Positions 20,200 through 30,305 are shown, counted from the first letter of the stretch. The stretch is DNA of 64,000 nucleotides from Minisyncoccota bacterium (GCA_041649495.1 JBAZMZ010000001.1:623-64622); one strand, 5' to 3'. Notes: generated from the letters alone by a model not told the origin. Translations and numbers: made by a program.

Positions 20200-20975
20200 G
20201 TAAAGATGACACCGATCCCCCCCCAGTCTCGGGGTGGAGTGGCAATCAATTCCTTAAAGTTTTTCTCCAGCCTAATCTCATTCCAGAAGTGGTCAACCTG
20301 GCATTCGGGACTACTCTTGTGTTGAGCAATGTCATGAAAAGCGATAATTCCACCGATTCTGACCATGGGAGAATAAAATTCGTAATCCTTTTTTACTCCA
20401 GCGTAGGTGTGGTCACCGTCAATAAAGAGGAAATCTATTTTTTCTTCTAAAATTTCTCGCAATCTCTCTTGAGTTCCCTGATGATGGGAATTAGCCCGTA
20501 ACAAATGCAATTTTTGTTTTGGCGTAGCAAATTTTTTGTAAACTTTTGTTCTCCATGCGGGGTAGCCTCCCCCATCTTCCCATGGTAGGTCAAGACTGAC
20601 GATTGTAGCATTTTCTGTTGCAAGACGGGTAAACAGAAAAAGTGTTCCTCCTCTGGCGGTGCCAATTTCTAAAACAGTCTGAGGTTTTAGATCTTCAACA
20701 ATTTTTGTTAGCTCAGTAATTTCCCAACGAACTTGTTTGGGTCTAATTAAGTGTCCCCATTTGTCAAACAAAAAGCTCACAAGCGGTAGGGCCGATGGCT
20801 TCTTTTGGACTTCGCGGGAGATTTTCCATAAAGCGAGGGGGCGCAAAAGAGGCTCGAGTTTTGTCAATAAGGGTTGGACGGAACGGACGAAAAAAAAGAA
20901 TAATTTGCGACAAAATTCCCTACCTCCTTTTTGAGATAAAGTTTCCCACGCTTTTTGATTCAGTGACTTAGCCAT
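20196..20975 (-). CDS. class I SAM-dependent O-methyltransferase (CmcI/Methyltransf_24-like)
   Basis: VLEIGTARGGT...FLFIDGDHTYAGV. Confidence 0.6.
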   Translation of the reverse strand: MAKSLNQKAWETLSQKGGREFCRKLFFFFVRSVQPLLTKLEPLLRPLALWKISREVQKKPSALPLVSFLFDKWGHLIRPKQVRWEITELTKIVEDLKPQTVLEIGTARGGTLFLFTRLATENATIVSLDLPWEDGGGYPAWRTKVYKKFATPKQKLHLLRANSHHQGTQERLREILEEKIDFLFIDGDHTYAGVKKDYEFYSPMVRIGGIIAFHDIAQHKSSPECQVDHFWNEIRLEKNFKELIATPPRDWGGIGVIFT

Positions 20976-21077
20976 TTTAATCGATTTGGGGTGATTAAAA
21001 CCATCTAAATCTTAGCATTATTTGGGCAATTTGCCAAAATGGTTTAAAACAAAGTTTTATGTTATACTGATAAACAT

Positions 21078-23165
21078 ATGACAATTAATAATATCAACAA
21101 ATGGCTCCGATACCTTATTTATACTGGCCTCTTCCTTGTCCCCTTTATTCCGCTTTTTGTCTCAACTTCGATGTTTTTTCCTTTCATTACTGGCAAAAAT
21201 TTCGCTTTTCGGATTATTGTCGAAATCATTTTTGCCCTGTGGGCGATTTTGGTCTTAACCGACAAAACGGCTAGACCCAAATATTCTTGGCTTTTGTGGG
21301 CAATCGTGGCTCTTATTGTCGTTGATGGTTTGGCCACCTTGTTCGGTCTCTATCCTTATCGCAGTTTTTGGTCCAATTATGAGCGTATGGACGGTTATAC
21401 TAATATTTTACATCTGGGGGCTTATTTTCTGGTTTTAATCTCTGTTTTGAAAGATAAAGCCAAATGGTTTTGGCTAGCCAACACCTCTCTTTTGGCCAAT
21501 GTTTATATTGTCGGTTACAGCTTTCTCCAATTGGTTGGGAAAGTGCAAATTCATCAAAGTGGCACTCGGCTTGATGCCTCGCTTGGTAATTCAGCTTATT
21601 TAGCTGTTTATGTGCTCTTTCATATCTTCATCGCTGGCTATCTATTGCTAGCACAATGGAGCAAAAATAAAATATTGTCAACTTTTTACATTATAATGAT
21701 GGTTGCTGACACTATTATCTTGTATTACACGGCGACTCGTGGAGCGATTTTGGGTTTAATCGGTGGGGTCTTGGTGGTTGGTTTGTTGTTGGCTATTTTG
21801 AGTCGGGGCCAGACGCGAAAAATTTCGGGCCTTATTATCGCGCTGGTTATTTTGCTTGTGGCTGGTTTTTGGTCGGTGAAAGGTACCGATTTTGTCAAAA
21901 ATAATCAGGTTCTGACGCGTTTTGCCACCTTGTCTTTGTCGGAGGGGACGGCCCAATCTCGTTTTTTGATTTGGCAGATGAGCTGGCAAGGTTTTCAAGA
22001 ACATCCGGTTTTGGGTTGGGGTCCAGAAAATTACACGATGGTTTTTAGTAAATATTATAATCCTAAAATGTGGGGCAACGAGCCTTGGTTTGATCGGTCA
22101 CACAATATTTTCTTCGATTGGCTGATTAACGCTGGTGCGCTCGGACTTCTTGCTTATCTGTCAATTTATGGGACCCTTCTTTATTATCTTTGGTTTGGTC
22201 GGCGAGGAAAATCAAATTCGGTTATTGATACAATTAGTGGTAAAAGTTTATTAACCGGTCTTTTGGCCGCTTACTTTTTCCACAATATTTTTGTTTTTGA
22301 CAACTTAGTTAGTTACATTTTATTTTTCTCACTGGTCGCTTTTATTCATTTCGAAATGACGGAGGAAAAAGGGGACGAAATTTTGAAAGTTAAGAATAAT
22401 TATCAGGCCAATAAAAAAACGCTTAGCAATTATAACGCCAGTTTAATTGCTCCCGTTGCCTCGGTTGTTATCATTGTGGCCATGGGCTCGATTATTTACT
22501 TTGCCAATCTTAAACCAATTGAGGCGTCAACTTCTTTGATTAAAGCTTTATCGTCTAATCAGGCGGGGGTAACCGGTAATTTGGAGTATTACAAAAAAGT
22601 TTTTACGCTGGACACTTTTGGTTCGGGCGAAGCGCGGGAGCAATTGGTGACAAAAACCCTTAACGTCTTAAATGGTGCTAAAGTCTCTAATGATTTGAAG
22701 AATCAATTTGTTCAATTAATCGATGGGCAAATAAAAGTTCAGTTAGCGCAATTTGACCAAGACGCGCGGGCCCTGTCATTTTTTGGTTCTTATTTTACGG
22801 CGACGGGTCGAGTTGATGAAGGTTTAGCTTTATTACAAAAAGCGCATGAGCTATCACCCAAGAAACAACAAATCACTTTTGCTCTTATCTCAGCTTATGT
22901 GCAAAAGCAGGACGCGACGAATGCGATTAAATTAGCGCAAGAAGCTTATGAGCTTGATCCGACTTATCCCGAAGCGCGAAAAATTTATGCTTTAATTCTC
23001 TTAATGACCAGTCAAAACAAATTGGCTCAAGAAATTTTAGCGCCGATCAAAAATTCGGCCAACTATTATAATGACGATCGCTTCATTAATCTTTACCAAC
23101 AAGCGGGCGATCAAAAATCGCTTCAAGAGATAAATTCTTTGCGCGCGGCTGCAAACAAAAAATAA
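21078..23165 (+). CDS. O-antigen ligase/polymerase-like polytopic membrane protein with a C-terminal TPR domain
   Basis: Multi-TM N-terminal half with a Wzy_C-like loop; C-terminal repeats such as LSFFGSYFTATGRVDEGLALLQKAHELSP. Confidence 0.7.
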   Translation: MTINNINKWLRYLIYTGLFLVPFIPLFVSTSMFFPFITGKNFAFRIIVEIIFALWAILVLTDKTARPKYSWLLWAIVALIVVDGLATLFGLYPYRSFWSNYERMDGYTNILHLGAYFLVLISVLKDKAKWFWLANTSLLANVYIVGYSFLQLVGKVQIHQSGTRLDASLGNSAYLAVYVLFHIFIAGYLLLAQWSKNKILSTFYIIMMVADTIILYYTATRGAILGLIGGVLVVGLLLAILSRGQTRKISGLIIALVILLVAGFWSVKGTDFVKNNQVLTRFATLSLSEGTAQSRFLIWQMSWQGFQEHPVLGWGPENYTMVFSKYYNPKMWGNEPWFDRSHNIFFDWLINAGALGLLAYLSIYGTLLYYLWFGRRGKSNSVIDTISGKSLLTGLLAAYFFHNIFVFDNLVSYILFFSLVAFIHFEMTEEKGDEILKVKNNYQANKKTLSNYNASLIAPVASVVIIVAMGSIIYFANLKPIEASTSLIKALSSNQAGVTGNLEYYKKVFTLDTFGSGEAREQLVTKTLNVLNGAKVSNDLKNQFVQLIDGQIKVQLAQFDQDARALSFFGSYFTATGRVDEGLALLQKAHELSPKKQQITFALISAYVQKQDATNAIKLAQEAYELDPTYPEARKIYALILLMTSQNKLAQEILAPIKNSANYYNDDRFINLYQQAGDQKSLQEINSLRAAANKK

Positions 23166-23366
23166 TTTTTCTTAAATTATTTTTTAAAGTTATCATCATA
23201 CGATGATTGCTTCGTTCGAAAAACTCACGAGTTATCCACAACTTTTTTTAAAAAAGTGTTGTCGATAATTTTTTTTTGAGCGATAATTATCAGTAAGAGT
23301 AACAACGTTGCTAAAGGTCGAATGTTGTTTATCCTCTTTAGTAAATAAAAACAAAAAATAAAAATT

Positions 23367-23435
23367 ATGGCAGCAAAGAAAAAGGCCAAGAAAGTTGCAA
23401 AGAAAAAGGCCAAGAAAACCAAGAAGAAGAAATAG
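23367..23435 (+). CDS. 22-aa lysine-rich micro-ORF (MAAKKKAKKVAKKKAKKTKKKK)
   Basis: ATG..TAG with an internal 18-nt direct repeat, followed by a terminator hairpin. There is no clear Shine-Dalgarno sequence. Confidence 0.2.
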   Translation: MAAKKKAKKVAKKKAKKTKKKK

Positions 23436-23465
23436 TCTCTTCTATTCTCTAAGTAAGTACACCAA

Positions 23466-23505
23466 GAAAACTCCGTCGGTCACCTCCGAGGGAGTTTTCT
23501 TTTGG
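23466..23505 (+). terminator. rho-independent terminator
   Basis: Stem gaaaactcc...ggagttttc followed by ttttggg. Confidence 0.5.
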
Positions 23506-23556
23506 GAGACAAAATTTTTTCATTTTTGGGGTTTTTGTGCTAAGATTGCCTAATCA

Positions 23557-26115
23557 ATGTCTATTTTGACTAAAATTTTAGGTGATGCGAGCACCAAGTT
23601 TGTTAAGACGACCCAGGGTGTGGTGGCTCGGGTTAACGCGTTGGAGGGGGAAATTAGCGCCCTAACTGACGAGCAACTGAAAGCCAAAACCCAAGAATTC
23701 AAACAGTGCCTAGGGGTAATTAGTGAGAATAGCGAAGCCGAGAAAAACGAAACGCTTGACGATATTTTACCCGAGGCTTTTGCGGTGGTGAGAGAGACGG
23801 CTAAACGTTTGCTTGGCCAGCGCCATTTTGATGTGCAACTTATCGGCGGGCTCGCCCTCCATCAAGGCAAAATTGCCGAAATGAAAACAGGGGAGGGAAA
23901 AACTTTAGTCGCCACTTTACCGATTTATCTTAACGCCTTAACGGGGAAGGGCGCCCACGCGGTGACCGTTAACGATTACTTGGCTCGACGGGACGCGGTT
24001 TGGATGGGGCAAATTTATAATTTTCTCGGTCTCTCGGTGGGTGTGCTCAATAACCAAACTTCTTATCTCTATGATCCGACCCACACGGATGCCGAAAAAG
24101 ATAAAGAAAGAGATACTGAAGGATCGTTCAAAGTTGTGCACGAATTTCTTCGACCTTGTTCGCGCCGAGAGGCTTATGCGGCGGATATTTTGTATGGCAC
24201 CAATAATGAATATGGTTTCGATTATTTGCGTGACAATATTGCTCATCGGCCCGAAGAGCAGGTTCAACGGCTTGATCCACTAGCTAGACATCATTTCGCC
24301 ATTGTCGACGAGGTAGACTCAATCTTGATTGATGAGGCGCGCACCCCGCTCATTATCTCCGCGCCCTATGGTGAGTCCGAAAAATTGTATGGCACTTTTG
24401 CTCAAGTTGCGCGGTCTCTAACTAAGGAGGCCGATTACACGGTTGACGAAAAATTTAAATCTATTTCTTTGACGGATGAGGGGATTACGCGGGCGGAAAA
24501 GATGTTGGGTGTCGAGAATATTTATACTGACAAAGGTATCAAATATGTTCATCATTTAGAAACGGCGGTGCGAGCCAAAGCCCTGTTTGAACTTGATCGT
24601 GATTATGTGGTACGGGACGGCGAGATTGTGATTGTTGATGAATTTACTGGTCGACTCCAACCGGGTCGGCGTTGGTCGGAGGGTTTACACCAAGCGATCG
24701 AAGCGAAGGAGGGGGTGGAGGTCAAAGAGGAGTCGCGGACTTTTGCCACTATCACTTTGCAAAATTATTTTCGGCTTTATCAAAAATTAGCGGGGATGAC
24801 GGGAACCGCTCAAACCTCGGCTGAAGAATTTCTCAAAGTTTATGGCCTGGAGGTGATTTCGATTCCTACCAATAAACCCAGCCGGCGGGAGGATCTTGGC
24901 GATTATATTTTTCAAACCGAGGCGGGCAAGATTTCAGCCGCTGTCAAAAAAGTTAAGGAGCTTAATCAACAAGGTCAGCCGGTCTTAATCGGCACCTCGT
25001 CAATTGAGAAAAACGAATTATTGTCCGCTTATTTCAAAAAAGAGGGGATTGAGCACAAGGTTTTGAATGCCAAAAACCACGAAGAAGAGGGTAATGTGAT
25101 TGCGGGCGCTGGTCGCCAAGGGAGCGTCGTCATTGCGACGAATATGGCTGGCCGCGGGGTGGACATTAAATTGGGCGGACCGACACCAACGCCCGAGGAA
25201 CAAGAGGAGGTAAAAAATCTTGGTGGATTATTTGTTTTGGGCACCGAACGCCATGATGCCAGGCGGATTGATGATCAGCTCCGTGGTCGTTCGGGTCGTC
25301 AAGGTGATCAAGGCACGACGCAATTTTATGTCTCGCTCGAAGATGATTTGATGCGAGTTTTTGGTTCAGATCGGATTAAGGGGATGATGGGGCGTTTTGG
25401 TATCCCCGAAGATGAGCCAATTCAGAATCGACTGGTTTCGCGCGCGTTGGAGGGGGCGCAGGCTAAAATTGAGGGTTTTAATTTTGATATGCGCAAACAT
25501 TTGCTCGAGTATGACGATGTGGTTAGTCATCAACGGCAAACGATTTATGATCGACGCAATCAGATTTTATTGGGTGGAAAAACGGAAATTGACGAGTTCA
25601 TCGCTAACGCGACAGAATTATTACCTATCCCCGACGAAGACAAAGAGAGATTAGTGGCGGGGGTTAACAAGAAGCGAGAAGAATTGGGCGAAGAAAAATT
25701 TGTCGTTCTCGCTCGCCAGACCATCCTGCAGGTGATTGATATGTTTTGGGTTGAGCATTTGGAAGCGATTGATTATCTGCGCGGGAGTGTTCGCTTGCGC
25801 GCTTATGGCCAACGCGATCCTTTGGTGGAATTCAAGAAAGAGGGCTTGTCGTTATTCAAAGAAATGGAATTGGCAATTTTTGGCAATTCGCTCGAGTTAT
25901 TGGCTAAGGTTGAGGGCGAGCTCAAAACCGAGACGGTCAAGGTCCAAGAAGTTCATAACCAAGCCGAGCTGATTCTTAATGCTACCAACTCCAACTCCAA
26001 ATCCAACCCCGGCTCGGCCAAGGCCGAGCCGGCCAAACCTCATGATAAAGTTGGCCGTAACGACCCCTGCCCTTGCGGTTCGGGCAAAAAATACAAGAAG
26101 TGTTGTGGCCAGTAG
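23557..26115 (+). CDS. secA: preprotein translocase ATPase SecA
   Basis: KMKTGEGKTLVATL Walker A, the DEVDSILIDEARTPLIIS motif and a C-terminal CPCGSGKKYKKCCG zinc motif. Confidence 0.95.
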   Translation: MSILTKILGDASTKFVKTTQGVVARVNALEGEISALTDEQLKAKTQEFKQCLGVISENSEAEKNETLDDILPEAFAVVRETAKRLLGQRHFDVQLIGGLALHQGKIAEMKTGEGKTLVATLPIYLNALTGKGAHAVTVNDYLARRDAVWMGQIYNFLGLSVGVLNNQTSYLYDPTHTDAEKDKERDTEGSFKVVHEFLRPCSRREAYAADILYGTNNEYGFDYLRDNIAHRPEEQVQRLDPLARHHFAIVDEVDSILIDEARTPLIISAPYGESEKLYGTFAQVARSLTKEADYTVDEKFKSISLTDEGITRAEKMLGVENIYTDKGIKYVHHLETAVRAKALFELDRDYVVRDGEIVIVDEFTGRLQPGRRWSEGLHQAIEAKEGVEVKEESRTFATITLQNYFRLYQKLAGMTGTAQTSAEEFLKVYGLEVISIPTNKPSRREDLGDYIFQTEAGKISAAVKKVKELNQQGQPVLIGTSSIEKNELLSAYFKKEGIEHKVLNAKNHEEEGNVIAGAGRQGSVVIATNMAGRGVDIKLGGPTPTPEEQEEVKNLGGLFVLGTERHDARRIDDQLRGRSGRQGDQGTTQFYVSLEDDLMRVFGSDRIKGMMGRFGIPEDEPIQNRLVSRALEGAQAKIEGFNFDMRKHLLEYDDVVSHQRQTIYDRRNQILLGGKTEIDEFIANATELLPIPDEDKERLVAGVNKKREELGEEKFVVLARQTILQVIDMFWVEHLEAIDYLRGSVRLRAYGQRDPLVEFKKEGLSLFKEMELAIFGNSLELLAKVEGELKTETVKVQEVHNQAELILNATNSNSKSNPGSAKAEPAKPHDKVGRNDPCPCGSGKKYKKCCGQ

Positions 26116-26363
26116 GCTAATCTAAAGGACAGTTAAAGGACAAATCTTGGAGACGGGGTTTGTCCTTTAGGTTTGGGGTCCGAAATAACTTAACTTTAAC
26201 TTCGGCTTAAGTAGTGGAGACTGGACTTATTTGATTTTTCCTTGCTTTATTAGGGTGGTTCTGCTAGTAATTAAACCAGTCATTGTTCTTAACTCTGTGA
26301 TTTGTTCTTAAGAAAACTTGATATGCTCTTTTTCGGATTATTATCTGTTTCTGAAACAGAGCT

Positions 26364-28709
26364 ATGTTTTCTTACTTAGCCCCATTGGGCAAAAAACTTG
26401 TCGTCCTAACCCTGCTTGCGGGGATTTTAGTGATGCCAGTTTCGCCCCTGTTGGCCGAGGAGATCGCTGACGCTCAAGTTTCTTCTCCAGTGGTTGTTGA
26501 AGTTGAACAACCAAGCGAATCGATCGAAGTGGTGGCAATACCTGATGTGATTCAGGCTGAACCGATTGCCTCTGACCAAACTCCGGTTTGCGATGAGCCA
26601 ATTATTATTGACACTGACAGTGTTATTGATACCGCTGATACCGTCATTGATCCAATTATCGAGCCAACCGACTCGATTGTCGCACCAGATACTGAAGTGA
26701 TAATTGCTTCAGATACGCCAGCGATTGCTCCCGTTGTTGAAACCGAGCCTGAAGTCCAGATCGAAGCCAACCTTGAACCGATTAAGGATAATGTGGCCGA
26801 GGATAGTTTTACCACTTTAAGTGGCGAAACCGAGCCTGATCTTGATGATGGTGACGAAAGGAGTTTTGAGACTCTTTCGGCGACTCCGATTGAGGATCTC
26901 GATAACCTAGCAATTAGCGACGAAAATCCTTTTGGTGAAGAACCAAATTGGGATAATTTGGCAATTAGCGACGAGCAAAATGGAGAAACAACTAATAACG
27001 AAACAGACAACCCGTGGGCGGAGAGTGACGAAAATTCGTTTCTGACCCTCTCATCGCCGGTCGACACGGTCACAACCAGCAACGAAAGATCTTTCACGAC
27101 GGCCAGTGCTCCTGTTGATACTTTGACGGTTAGCCTTGAGAACTCGTTTACGACTCAAGCGACCGCGATTGATACCCTAACAATTAGCGCCGAGCAAAGC
27201 TTTACCACGGTCACTACTCCGGTTGACACCTTGGCGATTAGCGCTGAACAGTCTTTCACTACCACCGATATCCCGGTGATTGACCCTCTAGCGATCAGCC
27301 CAGAGCAATCTTTTACCACGGCGACTATCCTAGTTGATACGCTGGTGATTAGTGACGAGCATAATTTTAATACTTTACCTGACGGGCCGATGACTGACTC
27401 AGTCATTAGCGATGAGGGCTTCTTCATGACGGCGAGCGTTCCCCCGATTGACACTCTAGCCATCAGCCCTGAACAGTCTTTCATTACCACCGATATCCCC
27501 GTGATTGACCCTCTAGCGATCAGCTCAGAGCAATCTTTTACAACCGCGACTATCCCAGTTGATACTTTAGCGATTAGTGATGAACAGTCTTTTGCTACTC
27601 TCACTCCACCGACTCCTGACACTCTAAGTGTGAGCGACGAATTATCTTTTACCACCTTAAGTCAACCAACCGATAACTTAGTTGTTAGTGACGAAAATTC
27701 GTTCACCACTTCAGGCTCGCCAATAATTGTTGACCCAGTGGTGAGCGAGGAAAATTCTTTTACGACTCTCTCTGGCTTTGGCCCGACGCCAACTCCAACC
27801 CCGACTCCTCCAAGCAGTAGTCATTCCTCAAGCATTAGCCGAGTTGTTTTGCCAATTCCATATACTTGCCCGATTTTCCTAAAGAAATTTATTAGATCTG
27901 GTCAAGCCAATGACCGCTATGAAGTCATCAAACTCCAAGCCTTCTTGAAAGTGTTTGAGGGTTTCCATAATCTGAAAATCACTGGCGTTTATGATCGCGA
28001 GACCTATCGAGCGGTGGAAATTTTCCAAGCCCGTTATCTGCGCGATGTCCTTAAGCCGTGGGGGATTACTGACCCAACCGGCTATGTCTATATCACAACT
28101 CGTCAAGCGATCAATAAAATTTATTGTGGTCAAGATACCAGAAATAATCTTGATTTGTATAACTTAGTGGCTCGAGAATATTATCAAGCGACCGGCGAAT
28201 ATCTAGAAATGCCGATCGAAGAACCCGAAGATCTCGATGGGGGCTATTATCTTATGGCAACCACGACTCCGACCACAACCCTTTCGGTGACTCGACCGAA
28301 TGTTTTCTTGGCCGGTGTGGGGGAGCTCTTGAGTTTTATGGGTGATAATTTCTGCTGGCTCTTAAATCTATTTCTCTTACTTCTAATCTTTTTCTTGCTT
28401 TGGTTACTCTGGCAAGTGAGTCGTGAGGATGAAGAGGTGGTTGATGAAGGTGAATCAAAAAATTCGTTACCCCCAGGCGTTGTTTCCCTGGAAGACTTAG
28501 ACGATGACATTTATCCAGTGACTGAAGAAGAGATAATTCCAACCGAGGAGGCTACGATTTTGCCCGAGGAGGCCATGGCTCCGGCTGACGAAGATTCGGA
28601 AGTGCTTCTTGGTGCCGAAGATGAAGAAGAATTGGCCAAATTGGCCGAAGAAGACGAAACGAAGCTCGAAGTCTTGGATAATAACCCGTGGCAGGAGATG
28701 TTGACTTAA
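26364..28709 (+). CDS. large acidic tandem-repeat cell-surface protein with a peptidoglycan-binding-like domain, C-terminal TM anchor and acidic tail
   Basis: Signal peptide; about 14 repeats of D(T/P)L(A/T)IS(A/P/D)EQSFTT...; PT linker; PG_binding_1-like segment (VYDRETYRAVEIFQARY); TM helix LLNLFLLLLIFFLLWLLW. Confidence 0.7.
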   Translation: MFSYLAPLGKKLVVLTLLAGILVMPVSPLLAEEIADAQVSSPVVVEVEQPSESIEVVAIPDVIQAEPIASDQTPVCDEPIIIDTDSVIDTADTVIDPIIEPTDSIVAPDTEVIIASDTPAIAPVVETEPEVQIEANLEPIKDNVAEDSFTTLSGETEPDLDDGDERSFETLSATPIEDLDNLAISDENPFGEEPNWDNLAISDEQNGETTNNETDNPWAESDENSFLTLSSPVDTVTTSNERSFTTASAPVDTLTVSLENSFTTQATAIDTLTISAEQSFTTVTTPVDTLAISAEQSFTTTDIPVIDPLAISPEQSFTTATILVDTLVISDEHNFNTLPDGPMTDSVISDEGFFMTASVPPIDTLAISPEQSFITTDIPVIDPLAISSEQSFTTATIPVDTLAISDEQSFATLTPPTPDTLSVSDELSFTTLSQPTDNLVVSDENSFTTSGSPIIVDPVVSEENSFTTLSGFGPTPTPTPTPPSSSHSSSISRVVLPIPYTCPIFLKKFIRSGQANDRYEVIKLQAFLKVFEGFHNLKITGVYDRETYRAVEIFQARYLRDVLKPWGITDPTGYVYITTRQAINKIYCGQDTRNNLDLYNLVAREYYQATGEYLEMPIEEPEDLDGGYYLMATTTPTTTLSVTRPNVFLAGVGELLSFMGDNFCWLLNLFLLLLIFFLLWLLWQVSREDEEVVDEGESKNSLPPGVVSLEDLDDDIYPVTEEEIIPTEEATILPEEAMAPADEDSEVLLGAEDEEELAKLAEEDETKLEVLDNNPWQEMLT
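26880..27790 (+). repeat. in-frame tandem coding repeats of about 66-72 nt (LAISxEQSFTT units)
   Basis: Visible periodicity in both nucleotide and protein sequence. Confidence 0.8.
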
Positions 28710-28866
28710 CTTAAATTTTCTGGTAGAGATGGAGGTAGAAAATAACAATTGTTCTTTGTAAAGGACAATTTTGGGATATAGGTAGAGAGTCTCGGTTACT
28801 GTGTGATCGAGATGGTTGATAAAGGTGTGTCAGATGCGAGGTTCTCTCGCAGAAAGAAGGTTCGTC

Positions 28867-30243
28867 ATGTTGCGTCATCTCCCGGTTCTCGTGTTGTGTG
28901 TGTTGGTGTGTGTCGTGTTGGCTGGGTGTCCGAAATCGACGGATGTGGAGGTAACGGTTGAGGCCTACGACTTGGCGGGCCAATCGCTGGGAGTGGAGTC
29001 GTCTCCTGTGCCGTCGGCCACGATGGGGCAGTATGTCGTCGCGCCGGGCGTGGCGACTTTCGACTTCCTCCGCAACGGAGGTTTTGGGCGTTTGTCGTCG
29101 CCCGAAAAGGTGACGGCGACCTATTGCCTCGTGTACCCAGGCTTCGAGCATTTTTTGCTCGTTGCCGACCTGATGAGCGAGCAGTTTACCTTGCTCGATT
29201 CTGGGGGCAAGGTCTTGGCCGAGAAAGTTGGGCCGGAAGATGTAGCGGCTCTCTTGCTCCTTCTTGGTTATGGGACAGTAAATACGGTCTTCCCATTGCT
29301 TGTGGAGACTTCGGGGGTGACCGTTGAGTTCCTTGAGACTCTGGTGTGGCCGGCGGTTTTCGATATCGCTGGGCACCAGGGGTTTCGGACCACTGTCCCT
29401 ATGGGGTTAGCGGTCGCTTGGGCACTGCTTGAGGTCTCTTTTCAGAAAGAGGATGGACTGGGAGACTTTTCCTACCTCATTTTTCCCAGCGACCCAGCTA
29501 GCGAAGGCGAAGGTGAAGGTGAAGGTGAAGGTGAGGGCGAAACCTGGGTTCAAGTGCCCAGTCTGTCAGGGCTCAACTGGGCCCAAGCGGACGAGGTCTT
29601 GGCTGGGGTTGGTCTCTTGGTAGGTCAAGAAGTGGCTACCGAGGCTAGCTCAACGGTGCCAGCGAACATCATTATTCGCTGGACGCCGACTGGCACGGTG
29701 TTGGTTGGGACAGTGATTAACCTCATCGTCTCGACCGGGCCGGGGACCGCAACGGTTCCCGATCTGACGGGTCTCGATCAGGACGAGGCCGAGGAAGCGA
29801 TTGAGGCGACCTGCCTCAACCTCGGTTCGGTAACCTTTGCCTCAAGTGCGACGGTTCCGGCTGGTCGAGTGATCAGTTGGTCGCTGACGGGTCTGCAACC
29901 CTGCGGAACGGCGATTTCGATCGTCATTTCCACGGGGCCAGTGATTGTTCCACCCGAGATGTCGGTGGAGATCAGGGCCCCGCTCAGTGGGCAGGTTTAC
30001 GAGGTTGGGGAGACTGTCACGGTGACGGTCATGCCCCGAGGTGACCCAGCCGGTGGCCCATACCGTCTCGTCGTTCGCAATGCCGAGCTGGCAACGCGGA
30101 CGATCAACAATGTGACATTGGAAGTGGGGGTTTCTCTCACTTTCGACCTCGCCATGCCAGGGAGCGGATCATTTACCGCTTACCTGGAAAGTCACAGTGG
30201 GGTCTCGGTTGAGACCTATTGTCCCTACTCGGTCGCCGAGTAG
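28867..30243 (+). CDS. GC-rich lipoprotein with a (GE)n repeat and two PASTA-like domains
   Basis: Lipobox VLAGC; GEGEGEGEGEGE run; PASTA-like VPSLSGLNWAQADEVLAGVGL... and VPDLTGLDQDEAEEAIEA...IVISTGP. GC content is much higher than the flanks. Confidence 0.6.
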   Translation: MLRHLPVLVLCVLVCVVLAGCPKSTDVEVTVEAYDLAGQSLGVESSPVPSATMGQYVVAPGVATFDFLRNGGFGRLSSPEKVTATYCLVYPGFEHFLLVADLMSEQFTLLDSGGKVLAEKVGPEDVAALLLLLGYGTVNTVFPLLVETSGVTVEFLETLVWPAVFDIAGHQGFRTTVPMGLAVAWALLEVSFQKEDGLGDFSYLIFPSDPASEGEGEGEGEGEGETWVQVPSLSGLNWAQADEVLAGVGLLVGQEVATEASSTVPANIIIRWTPTGTVLVGTVINLIVSTGPGTATVPDLTGLDQDEAEEAIEATCLNLGSVTFASSATVPAGRVISWSLTGLQPCGTAISIVISTGPVIVPPEMSVEIRAPLSGQVYEVGETVTVTVMPRGDPAGGPYRLVVRNAELATRTINNVTLEVGVSLTFDLAMPGSGSFTAYLESHSGVSVETYCPYSVAE

Positions 30244-30267
30244 TAGAATATCCCATGTCCTCACGGA

Positions 30268-30305
30268 CCGGGTTGTGCCTTTGCGCACGATCCGGTCCTT
30301 TTCAA
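30268..30305 (+). terminator. rho-independent terminator
   Basis: ggaccgg...ccggtcc 7-bp stem followed by ttttcaattc. Confidence 0.5.

Noticed and set aside
26552-27655. Minus-strand ORFs 26552..27097 and 27155..27655 with their own repeats
   Set aside because: Mirror images of the tandem repeats of the plus-strand surface protein; the plus frame has a signal peptide and domain architecture.
26880-27790. Possible CRISPR array (regular ~66-72 nt periodicity)
   Set aside because: The repeats are in frame and form protein tandem repeats. The stretches between repeats are not unique spacers, and there are no cas genes.
28711-29623. Arg/His-rich minus-strand ORF 28711..29376 and the small plus-strand ORFs at 29124 and 29429
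   Set aside because: Same GC-island artefact. They are antisense to or out of frame with the PASTA lipoprotein gene and have low-complexity composition.
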